A program made the translations under genes and the position numbers. Positions 40,775-51,379 of a stretch of DNA of 64,000 nt are shown here, piece by piece. Every line of letters begins with the position of its first letter. Positions within the stretch are counted from its first letter, which is position 1. The stretch covers positions 480,001 to 544,000 of the forward strand of contig CAXXXF010000006.1 of NCBI GenBank assembly GCA_963667175.2, in the 5' to 3' direction. The notes beneath the pieces are model-generated. The model was not told the origin of the DNA and did no database searches. It was given only the letters and a program-made list of their open reading frames with translations. The DNA comes from Candidatus Latescibacterota bacterium (GTDB lineage Bacteria; Latescibacterota; UBA2968; GCA-2709665).

Positions 40775-42157
40775 ATGGCTTCCCAACCCACCACACAGAC
40801 ACCCGCAGAACGTCCCCATCCCCAGGCACTGGAGGTGGAACGGGCGGTACTGGGCGCCATGTTTATTGACAACGCGGCCATCAGCCGGGTGATCGAGGTC
40901 CTGGGCGACGAGACGGCGTTTTACCAAACCGCAAACCGCAGGGTCTACGCCGCCGTCCTCGCACTTTACGAACGGGGCCTTCCGGTGGACGAAGTCACGG
41001 TTGCGGAGGAATTGAAGCGCCGCCGACAATTCGAAGACGTGGGCGGGTACGCCTATGTCGCGGGTCTGGGCGGCGAGATGGCAACCGGCGCAAACGCGGA
41101 ATACCATGCCAGAATTGTGCTCGAACGCGCGCAACGCCGCAGGTTGATCGACGCGTCCACACAGACGATTGCCGAGTGTTACGACGATGGGAAGGAAGTC
41201 CGCGAGGTGATCGACAGCGCCGAGCAGCGGGTGTTCCGAATTGCCGAGGGTGAACTCGGACAGGGCGTCGTCTCGCTTGAGGCCGAGCTGCACGATACGC
41301 TGGAACTCATCGAAAGGGCACAGAGACAGGATGGCGTCCTGTCCGGCGTTACCACCGGGTATACTGATCTCAATGGAATAACGGCCGGGCTGCAGCCATC
41401 GGATCTGATTATCATTGCCTCTCGTCCGTCAATGGGCAAAACGGCGCTGACACTGTGCATGGCGCGCAATGCCGCCCTGGACGAGGAGACCAGGACGCCT
41501 GTGCTGTATTTCTCTCTGGAAATGAGTATGCAGCAACTCGCGCTGCGTCTGCTATGCGCCGAGGCAAGCGTGTCTTCGCACGGATTGCGCACGGGAAGGC
41601 TGGCGGCCGAGGACTGGCAACGGCTGGCGGCCCAGGCGGAAAAACTCTCGGAGGCGCCTGTTTTTATTGATGACACGCCGGGCATCTCCGCACTGGAACT
41701 TCGGGCCAAAGCGAGGCGCGCGAAGATGGAGCACAAGATCGGCCTGATCTTCGTGGATTACATGCAACTGATGACCACCTCGGCGCGAGTGGACAACCGC
41801 GAGCAGGAAATCGCGAGCATTTCGCGCTCGCTCAAGGCGTTGGCCAAAGAACTGGATCTTCCGGTTGTGGCCTGTGCGCAGTTGTCGCGCGCCGTCGAGT
41901 CCAGGACGGACAAGCGACCGCAGCTTTCCGACTTGCGCGAAAGCGGCAGTATCGAGCAGGACGCCGACGTGGTCGCGTTTCTCTATCGTCCGGGTCACTA
42001 CGGCCTGTTGGATGACGAGGGTCAGCCTATTTCTGAGGGAAAGGCTGAGATCATTATCGGCAAGCACCGGAACGGCCCGACGGGCAGCGTTCCGCTTACA
42101 TTCTTACCCGAAACTCTGCGTTTTGAAAGTAGCCACGTACCTGACGATCCTTTCTAA
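40775..42157 (+). CDS. dnaB: Replicative DNA helicase
   Basis: SRPSMGKT, FSLEM, DYMQL, LSDLRESGSIEQDAD and KHRNGP motifs; no intein. Confidence 0.97.
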   Translation: MASQPTTQTPAERPHPQALEVERAVLGAMFIDNAAISRVIEVLGDETAFYQTANRRVYAAVLALYERGLPVDEVTVAEELKRRRQFEDVGGYAYVAGLGGEMATGANAEYHARIVLERAQRRRLIDASTQTIAECYDDGKEVREVIDSAEQRVFRIAEGELGQGVVSLEAELHDTLELIERAQRQDGVLSGVTTGYTDLNGITAGLQPSDLIIIASRPSMGKTALTLCMARNAALDEETRTPVLYFSLEMSMQQLALRLLCAEASVSSHGLRTGRLAAEDWQRLAAQAEKLSEAPVFIDDTPGISALELRAKARRAKMEHKIGLIFVDYMQLMTTSARVDNREQEIASISRSLKALAKELDLPVVACAQLSRAVESRTDKRPQLSDLRESGSIEQDADVVAFLYRPGHYGLLDDEGQPISEGKAEIIIGKHRNGPTGSVPLTFLPETLRFESSHVPDDPF

Positions 42158-42271
42158 CGCAAACCGTGCAGCACGTCGCGGCGGGCAGGCAAGCGGCCGG
42201 CCGCCCCACGAGCGACGGTCAAAGACAACGGGTCGATTCAAGTCACCGGAAGTGTCATACCGAGGAAGGAT

Positions 42272-42922
42272 ATGGAACGTCGACGATCTCCCCACGGTTC
42301 ACCCGTAAGGGTCTCCAAGCTGTTGTCTCTGATGCTCCGCCATCGGCCGGAAGAGTTCGGCATTGAGGTCGATGGGTACGGCTATGCGGAATTCGACACC
42401 GTGATATCCGCATTGAAGAAACAAGACGCGCGTATTGAAACCGAAGACGTTGAAGCTCTGGTCTACCGGGCCGCCAAGAAACGATTTGAGATTGTCGACG
42501 GCCGAATCCGGGCGCGCTACGGGCACAGCATTTCCATGGAATTGGGAACCGATCCCGTGGAACCTCCGGAACACTTGTACAAGGGTTCGGGTGCGTCGGA
42601 GGTGGAACAAATCCTGAAATCTGGCTTGAAGCCCGTCGACAGGCAGTACGTCCACCTCTCTTTCGAGGCTTCCGTCGCGCTCAGGCTGGCGGAACACAGG
42701 CAGGAGCCGGGGGCCGTGATACGGGTGGAGGCGCGCAAGGCCGCCGCGGACGGTATTCAATTCTTCGACTGCGGACCCACGATCCTCGCACGGGAGATTC
42801 CGTCCGAGTATCTTTGCGTCGACGACACACCCGCGCCGGCGCCGGATGACGGGTTGACGGTGAAACAGAGCGAGGGACCGGTGACGTACGGCAGGAAACG
42901 TCGATTCGGGTCCCGGAGATAG
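42272..42922 (+). CDS. kptA: RNA 2'-phosphotransferase (Tpt1/KptA)
   Basis: SKLLSLMLRH, KKRF, IRARYGHS and RQYVHLS motifs. Confidence 0.88.
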   Translation: MERRRSPHGSPVRVSKLLSLMLRHRPEEFGIEVDGYGYAEFDTVISALKKQDARIETEDVEALVYRAAKKRFEIVDGRIRARYGHSISMELGTDPVEPPEHLYKGSGASEVEQILKSGLKPVDRQYVHLSFEASVALRLAEHRQEPGAVIRVEARKAAADGIQFFDCGPTILAREIPSEYLCVDDTPAPAPDDGLTVKQSEGPVTYGRKRRFGSRR

Positions 42923-42937
42923 CACACGGCGGGAGAC

Positions 42938-43837
42938 ATGAATCCGATGGCGAAACAAGATCGGTCCAGAGCACACGCATTACTGAATACGGCCGCCAGT
43001 CTCTCCGGTGCGATCGGCGCTGATCTCGTGTTGCTCGTGGCGGATTCAGGCGTAACCCGGACAGCGGTACAATCCCTGAACGATGCCTGTCCGGTTCTGT
43101 TGGTCACCGGGCGCAATCGGTTTCTTCACGGCATCGAGGGCATCGGAATCCGCCGGTTGAGGCTTGACTTTGACGATGTCTCACATCTGGAACGGGTGCG
43201 GCAGGGGATCCTGCTGGGCATGGAAGCCGGTCACATCAAGAAAGGCAGCCGGCTGATCTGCATCGCGAACGTCCTGGAACACGGTGGCGTGGACACCCTG
43301 ATGACCGTGGACACACGCTGGGAGTTCGAGGACTTCGATCCGGAGAGCCTGGCCGTTCTCGCGGGGGAAATGCCCGTTGAAGTGGTCAAATCGGTGCTGG
43401 ATATCGCCCTTGACATCGGGCGGGAAGGCCGGGAAGGCGAACAGCTCGGCACGCTCTTCGTGCTGGGGGACTCGGACCGCGTCCTGGCCAATTCACGAGT
43501 GATGACGTATGATCCGTTTCGCGGGTATTCAAAACGTGAGCGGAATATCTGTGATCCGGACAACCGCGAGGGCGTAAAGGAAGTCGCACTGATGGACGGC
43601 GCCTTCATCATCGACGAGGATGGCGTAATACGCTCAGGTTGTCGTTATATAACCTCCTTTGTGAGGGGTCTTACCCTTCCCAAGGGACTTGGCGCACGGC
43701 ATGTTGCCGCGGCTGCGGTCACCAAGAACACCGACGCCATCGCGGTGGCGGTTTCGGAGTCGACCGGAACCGTAAGGGCATTCAAACGCGGAGAGATTGT
43801 CCTCCGGCGAGATCCGGGCCGACGCATCGCACGTTGA
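42938..43837 (+). CDS. Diadenylate cyclase, DacZ-like (N-terminal PK_C-like domain + DAC)
   Basis: EGREG..GTLFVLGD, DGAF, GLGARH and SESTG motifs; no TM segment. Confidence 0.88.
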   Translation: MNPMAKQDRSRAHALLNTAASLSGAIGADLVLLVADSGVTRTAVQSLNDACPVLLVTGRNRFLHGIEGIGIRRLRLDFDDVSHLERVRQGILLGMEAGHIKKGSRLICIANVLEHGGVDTLMTVDTRWEFEDFDPESLAVLAGEMPVEVVKSVLDIALDIGREGREGEQLGTLFVLGDSDRVLANSRVMTYDPFRGYSKRERNICDPDNREGVKEVALMDGAFIIDEDGVIRSGCRYITSFVRGLTLPKGLGARHVAAAAVTKNTDAIAVAVSESTGTVRAFKRGEIVLRRDPGRRIAR

Positions 43838-43886
43838 GCGGTCCGTTCCCGCTGATGATGTTCTGTCCCGTCGGAACAAAGGCGTG

Positions 43887-44393
43887 ATGAAGATTCGGCT
43901 GATCCGGTGCAAGGACGGTATCAAGGCCGTCATTGGGGACAATGTTCAATCCGTGGCCCGGGTCGCCAGGGCGTTCCCCAGAAGCAATCCGGACCACTTC
44001 GTGGGTCTGATGGGAGACGACGGTCACGAGATCTGCCTCCTCGAAGATCCGATCACACTGGATTCGAAATCCCGCGAAGTATTGAATGCCGCGTTGAAGG
44101 AAGCGTACTACATTCCCCGGATTCGGGAGATCCTTTCGGTGACACCTCGAGGAACGGGCGGCGAGTGGACCGTTGTCACGGAAGACGGTGAACTCGCGTT
44201 CCGAACGCAGGATCGCGAGGCGCTGGATGGATCGGAACCCCCGTCGATCACGATAACCGACGAGAGCGGCAGGCGTTATCTGATTCTTGACTACTGGGCG
44301 TTGGACCGGGACAGTCAAAATACAATCCGCGATCTCGTCCCGGATGACGTCTTGCGACGCCGGTCCAGGATCGTTTCGCTCCGCCGCCGCTAA
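43887..44393 (+). CDS. DUF1854-like protein
   Basis: RAFP..P..FVGL...GHEI, YYIPRI..I, W.V.T..G and ITDESGRRYLI. Confidence 0.75.
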   Translation: MKIRLIRCKDGIKAVIGDNVQSVARVARAFPRSNPDHFVGLMGDDGHEICLLEDPITLDSKSREVLNAALKEAYYIPRIREILSVTPRGTGGEWTVVTEDGELAFRTQDREALDGSEPPSITITDESGRRYLILDYWALDRDSQNTIRDLVPDDVLRRRSRIVSLRRR

Positions 44394-44418
44394 GTGCACA
44401 CCGGCAAAGTGGCGCAAT

Positions 44419-45729
44419 ATGGAGGAAGGGCAACGCAGGTTCCTGATCGCAGGTATCCTGATCGGACTGTGCGCGATCGGCATGCTGGCACTGGGCGAAG
44501 CCCGGTACCGGATGCCGCTTTTTTTCGTACTGTTCGGCCTCTGGATGGTTTTTTACCTGGCGGCTGTCTGGCATTGTACTGCCGCCGCACTCAAGACTGT
44601 CGCGCTGTTTGGCATTCTGTTCCGGGTCATCATGCTGTTTTCCCCGCCCGGTCTATCCGATGACGTGTACAGGTACCTGTGGGACGGGCGCGTCCAGGAG
44701 GCGGGGATAAACCCGTACGCCTACCCGCCGGCTTCGGAAGAACTCGCCAACCTCAGAGACGATGCGGTGTTCCCCCAGGTAAACCATCCCGACGTGCCGA
44801 CCATCTATCCGCCGCTGGCTCAGGTTTTGTTCAGGGTATGCAGTCTCGTCCATCCGTCGATCCGGACCATCAAGGCGGCGCTGGTTCTTTTCGATCTGCT
44901 GACGGCATGGTTTCTGCTGGGCCTCATCCGGCTTTACGATCAGCATCCGGGACAGTTGCTCATCTACCTCTGGCATCCTCTGCTGCTTGTAGAGGTGGCC
45001 GGCAATGCCCACGTCGACGCGATGGGCGTCTCGTTCATGGTATTTGCATTCCTGTATCTTCAGATTGGAGGTTACACGCGGGCTTTCGCCGCACTGGCCC
45101 TCTCCGTCTTGAGCAAGTTCTTTGCCATCTGCCTGGTTCCGGTCTTCTGGCGCTGGATCAGCGGGAGGATCTCGGAACGGTCCGATAGGAGGCTGCCGGC
45201 AGCCCTGAGGCCGCAGGCGGTGGTACCTGTACTGATTTTCACCGCCTTGTTAGCGGCCGGGTACCTGCCCTACCGGGAGGCAGGACGAAATCTGTTCGCA
45301 GGCTTCCTGATCTACGCCGAACACTGGAGCTTCAACGCGCCGGTCTTTGGCATCCTGAGTTATCTGCTGGATAGCCCGCTTTGGGCTCGCATGGTCATCG
45401 CGATCGGGTTTGCGGGGGCGCTGATTCTTTTCACGTTCAGCCGGATGCCGCCGATTCAGGCGGGGTTCTTCCTTGTTGGGACCTTTTTGTTCCTCACGCC
45501 GACGTTACACCCCTGGTATGCGATTTGGATCTTACCCTTCATGGTATTTTACAGGCAGCCGGCATGGCTGGTCTTCACCGGGCTTATCGCAATCTCATAT
45601 CACGTGCTGATAAAGTATGCGAACGAAGGAATATGGGAGGAGGCGGTCTGGGTGAAGTTCGTGTTATTCGGCGGATTCGCGCTTGTCTGGGCATTCGAAC
45701 GGCTGAAGCGAAAACGCGTTGAGACTTGA
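44419..45729 (+). CDS. GT-C membrane glycosyltransferase (GT87/DUF2029-like)
   Basis: LSDDVYRYLWDG....GINPY, TIYPP, NAHVD and PTLHPWY motifs. Confidence 0.85.
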   Translation: MEEGQRRFLIAGILIGLCAIGMLALGEARYRMPLFFVLFGLWMVFYLAAVWHCTAAALKTVALFGILFRVIMLFSPPGLSDDVYRYLWDGRVQEAGINPYAYPPASEELANLRDDAVFPQVNHPDVPTIYPPLAQVLFRVCSLVHPSIRTIKAALVLFDLLTAWFLLGLIRLYDQHPGQLLIYLWHPLLLVEVAGNAHVDAMGVSFMVFAFLYLQIGGYTRAFAALALSVLSKFFAICLVPVFWRWISGRISERSDRRLPAALRPQAVVPVLIFTALLAAGYLPYREAGRNLFAGFLIYAEHWSFNAPVFGILSYLLDSPLWARMVIAIGFAGALILFTFSRMPPIQAGFFLVGTFLFLTPTLHPWYAIWILPFMVFYRQPAWLVFTGLIAISYHVLIKYANEGIWEEAVWVKFVLFGGFALVWAFERLKRKRVET

Positions 45730-45738
45730 GATTCCCTG

Positions 45739-45769
45739 GCAGACGCCGTCCGGTCCGGACGGCGTCTGC
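45739..45769. terminator. Perfect palindrome between convergent genes (possible bidirectional terminator)
   Basis: GCAGACGCCGTCCGG-T-CCGGACGGCGTCTGC; no strong U tract. Confidence 0.45.
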
Positions 45770-45848
45770 TTCATTTCATGGATCGGGTCACAATGGCTAA
45801 TTCCGTCGGCAAGCGTACGATCAGACCCGTCCGCCCATTGCCCGCATT

Positions 45849-48800
45849 CTAGATCGACTTGCCGAAAAAGAAAGCAAACCGTACGAAGTCGGAGAATGCG
45901 ACCAACCCGTCGTCATCCAGGTCGAACCGGGGATCGGAGGAGCCGAAGGCGTTGGCGAAGAGCAGAAAGTCGGAAAAATCAACCACGCCGCTTCCGTCGA
46001 AGTCCGCGACTGCCGCCGCTGGAGAGATGGTCTGATCGGGGATAAACGTAACATTTCTGTTCCCGGGGGCAAGGGGCACACCTGACGAATCGGCGGCCAT
46101 AGATAGGGTTATGGTGTAGGCGAGACCCGCTTCAAAGGGCATCGCAAACGTCAAAAGGGCACGTTGGCTCGCGCGGTCCAGCACGACTGAGGTCGGGCGT
46201 CCGAGGGCGGGGGCAACCGAGTAGCCATGAGGATCGGCCGTTTCGGCTGCCATCGGTTCGCTGAACGTGAGTGAGAGCCTGCTCTCGCGCAGGACTTCGA
46301 CGCGGTAGAGTTCCGGCGCCGGATTGGGGCGAAGGGCGTGTGGCGCGGAGCGAATTTCGTCTCCACCGGGAAGCGTGGCGACCACCACGTAACGGTATAC
46401 TCTGTTTTCGGTCAGTCCCGTATCGGTGTAGGTATTGGATACCAGGTTATCCCCAATGACCGTAAGTGTGTTTCCGTCGACGCCGCGAAGGATGCGATAG
46501 GTTGCGCCGCCATCCGCAGGCGCCCACGTGAGCCTGGCACTTTCGGGTCCCAGCGGATGGGCATGCACAACTTGCAGGATCCTCGTGAAGCCCGCCTCGG
46601 TACGTTCCATCAGACGCACGGCGCCATCCCGGTTGTACAGAAGTTCGGCGTACCCGTCCTTATCCAGATCCGCGATGAGCGGACGGGACGTCAATGAAAC
46701 GGTCCCGTGCCAGAAGGGCTCGTATGAATTCGGCCCGGTGGCACGGACCAGGTAGAGGTCCGGACGCAGACAGACCGCCAGGTCGGGTGTCCCGTTGCCG
46801 TCCACGTCGCCCGTTGCAACGCCGTTTCCCGTTGATAGTACCCCCGAAATCCGAATCGACCACTCCAGAGCGTAGGAGGACGGCCCGTCCGCGCTGTAGA
46901 TTTCCAGGGTCCAGAACCCGTTGAGCGCGTCGTTACGGTCTTCGGCTGCGCGGGCGACCGCGAATTCCACGTCTCCGTCATTGTCAATATCCGCGCCTCC
47001 GCCGATCCACTGAGTGTTGGTGCTGTCACTTCCCGCGAGTTTCCAGGTCTGCACGAAGCCGCCGCCATGCAGGGCTTCGTACATCCACAGGTCGCCGTCG
47101 TAGTCGCCCGAAAGAATCTCCTTCCTGCCGTTGTCGTTCAGATCCGCGATGACAAACCTGAGGCCGGGCAGGTTGAACCCCTCGGTGGGGTTCGCCAGCC
47201 GGGCGGTTTCCACAAACGCGCCTTCCGGCGTACTCCTCAGAATCAGGATGCCCCCCGCTTCAGCCGATCGGGTTACGATCTCGTTTCGGCCGTCGCCGTC
47301 GATATCGGCGATTTCCCCGCCCTCGGCTTGCGTTATGTCCAGGAGGGTCTCGGACGGAAACGGAGTCCCTCCAAAGAGCAGAACGTGCGGGAACCGGGTG
47401 CCGAGCAGGTCGGTACTCCCATCGTTGTTCGCGTCGCCCAATGCCCATGGAAGGAATGCCTCGGCGGTCCGGAAGACGGTTGTAAAGCTCCCGTCGTCCC
47501 CACGTTCCATGATCAGGTTCGCGTTGTAGGGACGGCCGCGAGCGTAGGGCATCAGGACGATTTCGGGGCGCCCGTCCATATCGAAGTCGGTGGACTCACT
47601 GGCGAGAAACCCGTCGGGCAGGGCGCCGACCTGAACAAGACCGCGACCGGCGATGCGCATCGGGCTTACCGCAACCGTCCTCGATTCGGAGACCTCCGCC
47701 TGTCCGGCAGCGTCCTGCGCCATCACGCGGTACTCCAGCGACCCGGGGTCGAGGTCCGGGGGCAGGGTGACGCGGTGGCGGGTGTAGACAACGTCCGAAA
47801 AGAGGCTGTCTTCGCGCGCGGCTGAAGACGAGCGATAGAGCAGGGCGCCGCGTGTCGGAACTCTGGTGTGCCATTCGGCGCGGTAGGTCTGGCGGCTTCC
47901 AATGAGAATGGGTGAGATTGACGCCTTCGATATAACGGGCGGAGCCCGCCGTATGCCGAGGCGGACCCTGTCTTCGAGGGTCGTGCCGTCGGTCAGCCGG
48001 GCCGTCAGCCGCACGATGGCGGAGGGTCCGGCCTGCGTACCCGGTGTCCATGAATGCCGGATGTCAGTTCCCGGCGGTCCCGCCGAGAGTCGCACCCAGG
48101 ATTGTGGATCCGTACCCGAGCCCCAGAAAAGCTCGTAGCCGGCAACGTCCGGACCGTGGGCCTGCGCGATGAAATCCACGTTCCGCCGGACGTCGTCGTC
48201 CGTTTGAGGCTGGTCGATCCGCACGACGGGGGGATCGGGCCATCGGATGAATTTTTCGAGCAAGTTCCCGGCGTCGATTCGGCCGGCGCCGCCGCTTACG
48301 TCCCAACCCTCCGGTCCGAGGTCGATCACGGACGCGATGAGCAGCGAGCGAACCTGCTCGGCGGAAAGACCGGGACGGCGTGAGAGCAGAAGCGCCGCCA
48401 GTCCGGATATATGGGGCGCCGCGAAGGACGTGCCCGAGGCGCGCCTGTACCCGTTCCCCGGCATCGTCGTGATCGTGCCGGCCCCCGGCGCGACCAGGTC
48501 CAGCGGGACGCCCGTGCTGCTGAATGCGGCAATGCGGTCCAGGGGCGCCGTGGCGCCCACGGCAATGGTTTCATCCATGGCCGCCGGGTAGGACAGGCCG
48601 GCTTCGCCGGTGTTGCCGGCGGAACTGACGAGAACGACGCCACTGGCAGCCGCGTAGCGCACCACGTCCCGGATGAGCAACGCGCTTTCCGGCCCCCCCC
48701 AGCTCATATTGAGGACGTGGGCGCCGTTTTCCACGGCATAGAGAATGGCGGCGGCCAGGTCGTCTTCTTCCAGAAAGGTGAAATCGGACTGCAGCGTCAC

Positions 48801-49607
48801 GCCGGCGCGGAGGGACATCAGCGCAGCGTCGGGGGCAACGCCGGCAATGCCCAGGCCGTTGTCCGTCACCGCCGCCGCAATGCCCGCTACGCGCGTGCCG
48901 TGGCTGGACTCGTCCATGGGATCGTTGTCGGGCGAGAGGTAGTCGCCCTTCGCCGGAAGCGTCGGGGTGTGGGTGAAATCCCAGCCGCGTATATCGTCCA
49001 CGTACCCGTTGTTGTCGTCGTCAACGCCCGGCCTGCCGGATGCTTCGACGGTGTTGATCCAGATATTTCCCGCCAGGTCTTCGTGGGTATAGTCCACGCC
49101 GGAATCGATGATGGCGATGACGACGTTCTGTTCGGCCCGCGGGAGGCCGTCCAGCAGAATCTGCCATCTGATCTGGTCCAGGCCGTACTGATCGCTCAGG
49201 CGGGGGTCGTCGGGCACGTCGTGGTGTGAAAACAGATGAACCGGCTGCGCGTATTGGACGCCAGGGTGCTCCGAATAGGCGGCCGCGGCTTCCACGGGAC
49301 TTGCATCGGTGTCAATCTCCAGGCGGTAAACCTGCGCGAATCCCCGAGCGCGCTTGGACAGCGCCGTACGCGTATGAAACACGGGCTCGGGGACGCCGGC
49401 GCCAAAACGCGCGTGCAGGGTCTCGAGACTTCCGGGAGCCGTTTTGGAAGCCGACGTCTTGAATCTGATAAGAATCTGTCCGGGAGAGTGAGCAGGTTGG
49501 GCGGCGGCGGAACGGAAAGCCAGCAAAGATACCAGAAGTTGAAACGTGACGAATATCGCGCGTGTCCGGTTGGTTCGGTTCAATGTCCGGCTCCCGAGTT
49601 GTGCCAT
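45849..49607 (-). CDS. Secreted S8 subtilisin-like protease with FG-GAP, Fn3 and Ig-like domains and a C-terminal dockerin/EF-hand-like tail
   Basis: Catalytic triad IIDSG / HGT / SGTSFAAP; DxDxDG repeats; ADFDGSGVVDFSDF...DLDDDGLVAFSDF. Confidence 0.92.
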   Translation of the reverse strand: MAQLGSRTLNRTNRTRAIFVTFQLLVSLLAFRSAAAQPAHSPGQILIRFKTSASKTAPGSLETLHARFGAGVPEPVFHTRTALSKRARGFAQVYRLEIDTDASPVEAAAAYSEHPGVQYAQPVHLFSHHDVPDDPRLSDQYGLDQIRWQILLDGLPRAEQNVVIAIIDSGVDYTHEDLAGNIWINTVEASGRPGVDDDNNGYVDDIRGWDFTHTPTLPAKGDYLSPDNDPMDESSHGTRVAGIAAAVTDNGLGIAGVAPDAALMSLRAGVTLQSDFTFLEEDDLAAAILYAVENGAHVLNMSWGGPESALLIRDVVRYAAASGVVLVSSAGNTGEAGLSYPAAMDETIAVGATAPLDRIAAFSSTGVPLDLVAPGAGTITTMPGNGYRRASGTSFAAPHISGLAALLLSRRPGLSAEQVRSLLIASVIDLGPEGWDVSGGAGRIDAGNLLEKFIRWPDPPVVRIDQPQTDDDVRRNVDFIAQAHGPDVAGYELFWGSGTDPQSWVRLSAGPPGTDIRHSWTPGTQAGPSAIVRLTARLTDGTTLEDRVRLGIRRAPPVISKASISPILIGSRQTYRAEWHTRVPTRGALLYRSSSAAREDSLFSDVVYTRHRVTLPPDLDPGSLEYRVMAQDAAGQAEVSESRTVAVSPMRIAGRGLVQVGALPDGFLASESTDFDMDGRPEIVLMPYARGRPYNANLIMERGDDGSFTTVFRTAEAFLPWALGDANNDGSTDLLGTRFPHVLLFGGTPFPSETLLDITQAEGGEIADIDGDGRNEIVTRSAEAGGILILRSTPEGAFVETARLANPTEGFNLPGLRFVIADLNDNGRKEILSGDYDGDLWMYEALHGGGFVQTWKLAGSDSTNTQWIGGGADIDNDGDVEFAVARAAEDRNDALNGFWTLEIYSADGPSSYALEWSIRISGVLSTGNGVATGDVDGNGTPDLAVCLRPDLYLVRATGPNSYEPFWHGTVSLTSRPLIADLDKDGYAELLYNRDGAVRLMERTEAGFTRILQVVHAHPLGPESARLTWAPADGGATYRILRGVDGNTLTVIGDNLVSNTYTDTGLTENRVYRYVVVATLPGGDEIRSAPHALRPNPAPELYRVEVLRESRLSLTFSEPMAAETADPHGYSVAPALGRPTSVVLDRASQRALLTFAMPFEAGLAYTITLSMAADSSGVPLAPGNRNVTFIPDQTISPAAAVADFDGSGVVDFSDFLLFANAFGSSDPRFDLDDDGLVAFSDFVRFAFFFGKSI

Positions 49608-49686
49608 TTCGATACCCAGGGATTTCTATTCCGCTCCATTCGTCCGTCTCTTCGTTATGGACGTGAGTTCCGCCGGCAGGTTCCGT

Positions 49687-50883
49687 TTACGTCAATGGCC
49701 GGTCGGGAAGCGTGCCCGCGCTTCGCCGATCCGGCATGCCGGGAAGCGCCGCCACCAGCACGGCGGAAGGGAGCAGGATGAGGGAGACGCAAGCCAGAGC
49801 AAATGCCATGGAAGTGACGTCCGCAAGGAGACCGATGCCGGGAAGCATGAGGCCCGAGACTCCCCACGCAAATCCCATCACCAGTCCGGTGGCCGTGCTG
49901 GCGTGTTGCGGCAGGATGCGCTGCGCCAGCACGATATTGGTGGTGGCGCCGAGGTCGAAGATGAATCCGGCAAACAGAAAACAAATCAGCGAGATGGGCC
50001 CGGAGGTGAAGCAAAAAGCAATGTAGAAGATGGTTGAGAATGCGCAGGACCACCCCAGAAGCCTGCGGGGAGCCACGCGATCCCCGAGATAACCGCCGGC
50101 CAGCCGGCCCAGCGTGGCCGCGATCAGGTACGCGGACAACACCCAGCCGATTTTGGAGATATCCCACGTTCTTTCGTGGCCGAGTATGGAGATGAAACTT
50201 ACGCAGGCCGCGTGTACCAGCGATCGAAATACTGCGATTGCGTAAAGGATCCAGAGCGGACGCATGGCCGCTGTCCTCAGCAACGCGTAGCTGATGCGGG
50301 CGGACGCCCTGGTACTTTCAGCCCGGTTGGCGGCCCTGGACATGCGCAACAGCACCGCCGCAGCCGCAAGACAGGGAAAGACAACGATCCAGAGGGACTC
50401 CAACCCGTAGCGCGAAATCACCTGAGTTCCCGTTACCGGCGCAATTGCCATGCCCAGAGGACCACCGGTCAGGAAAACCGCCATGGCAAGGTTGGATCGT
50501 CCGGGTAACGACGTCGTCACCAGACCGCCGGCAGTCGGATGAAAGAGAGACGAGCCGAGAGAGGCCAGAATCAGAAAGCCGGCGAGCACGGCGGCCGTGG
50601 GCAGGATTCCGATAACCGAAACGCAGAGGCCGCACGCAAGTACGCCGAGCGCAGCGAGACGCACCCGATTGGACCGGTCGCCGATATAGCCCATAAAAGG
50701 TTGCGGGATATTGCCAAAGAGAGAGACGACCATCGGGAGGAGGGACGCTTCCACCAGTGTAAGCCCGAACTTGCCCTTGAAGAGGGCAAGCAGCGGTGGA
50801 AACAGGGTCATGTAGAAATCGACGGTGGTGTGCGCATAGGTGATCAGACAGACACGGAGCAATGGTCGTTTCATCAGGGACAT
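49687..50883 (-). CDS. MFS transporter (Fsr-like)
   Basis: HTTVDFY, QPFMGYIGDR, SSLFHP and GGYLGDR motifs; about 12 TM. Start uncertain (50922/50883/50874). Confidence 0.88.
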   Translation of the reverse strand: MSLMKRPLLRVCLITYAHTTVDFYMTLFPPLLALFKGKFGLTLVEASLLPMVVSLFGNIPQPFMGYIGDRSNRVRLAALGVLACGLCVSVIGILPTAAVLAGFLILASLGSSLFHPTAGGLVTTSLPGRSNLAMAVFLTGGPLGMAIAPVTGTQVISRYGLESLWIVVFPCLAAAAVLLRMSRAANRAESTRASARISYALLRTAAMRPLWILYAIAVFRSLVHAACVSFISILGHERTWDISKIGWVLSAYLIAATLGRLAGGYLGDRVAPRRLLGWSCAFSTIFYIAFCFTSGPISLICFLFAGFIFDLGATTNIVLAQRILPQHASTATGLVMGFAWGVSGLMLPGIGLLADVTSMAFALACVSLILLPSAVLVAALPGMPDRRSAGTLPDRPLT

Positions 50884-50958
50884 CGGTGTTCCTGGCGCCC
50901 GGAAACGGCGCAACTGTGACAAGGGGCTGTCGACCCGTTGACGCGCGACCCCGCAGAC

Positions 50959-51321
50959 TTACGCCAGACCGGCGCGCTCGATGACGACTTCTCCGAGTTT
51001 GTCATGGATGCCCAGCGGGCCGGTGACGCGGAAGGTGACGCGCCGATAACGTACCGCGGCCCGTTCGACCATGGCAGGGACGTCGTGGGTGGCGTGGCGG
51101 CCGGGTGAGAGCATGTAGGGGTGCACGATGACCTCGGTCGCGCCGTCGCGAATACAGGCTTCAACGCCTTCTTCCAGCGTGGGCCGGGCGAGTTCCATAT
51201 GGGCGACGTGCACAAGAAGCCCCGGACGTTTTCGCCGCACGATTTCCGCAACGGCTTCCAGCATGCGGTTGGCTTCGTCCCGGGTAGATCCGTGGTCGAC
51301 AATCAGAAGGGCTTTGGACAT
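50959..51321 (-). CDS. Short sirohydrochlorin chelatase (CbiX-S/SirB-like)
   Basis: VDHGS, AHMELARP, PYMLSPGRH and PLG motifs. Confidence 0.88.
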   Translation of the reverse strand: MSKALLIVDHGSTRDEANRMLEAVAEIVRRKRPGLLVHVAHMELARPTLEEGVEACIRDGATEVIVHPYMLSPGRHATHDVPAMVERAAVRYRRVTFRVTGPLGIHDKLGEVVIERAGLA

Positions 51322-51379
51322 AACGGAAACAAGAGCGAAATTTAAAGAACCTGATGGCGCAGCCCGGTCATTCGTGGCA

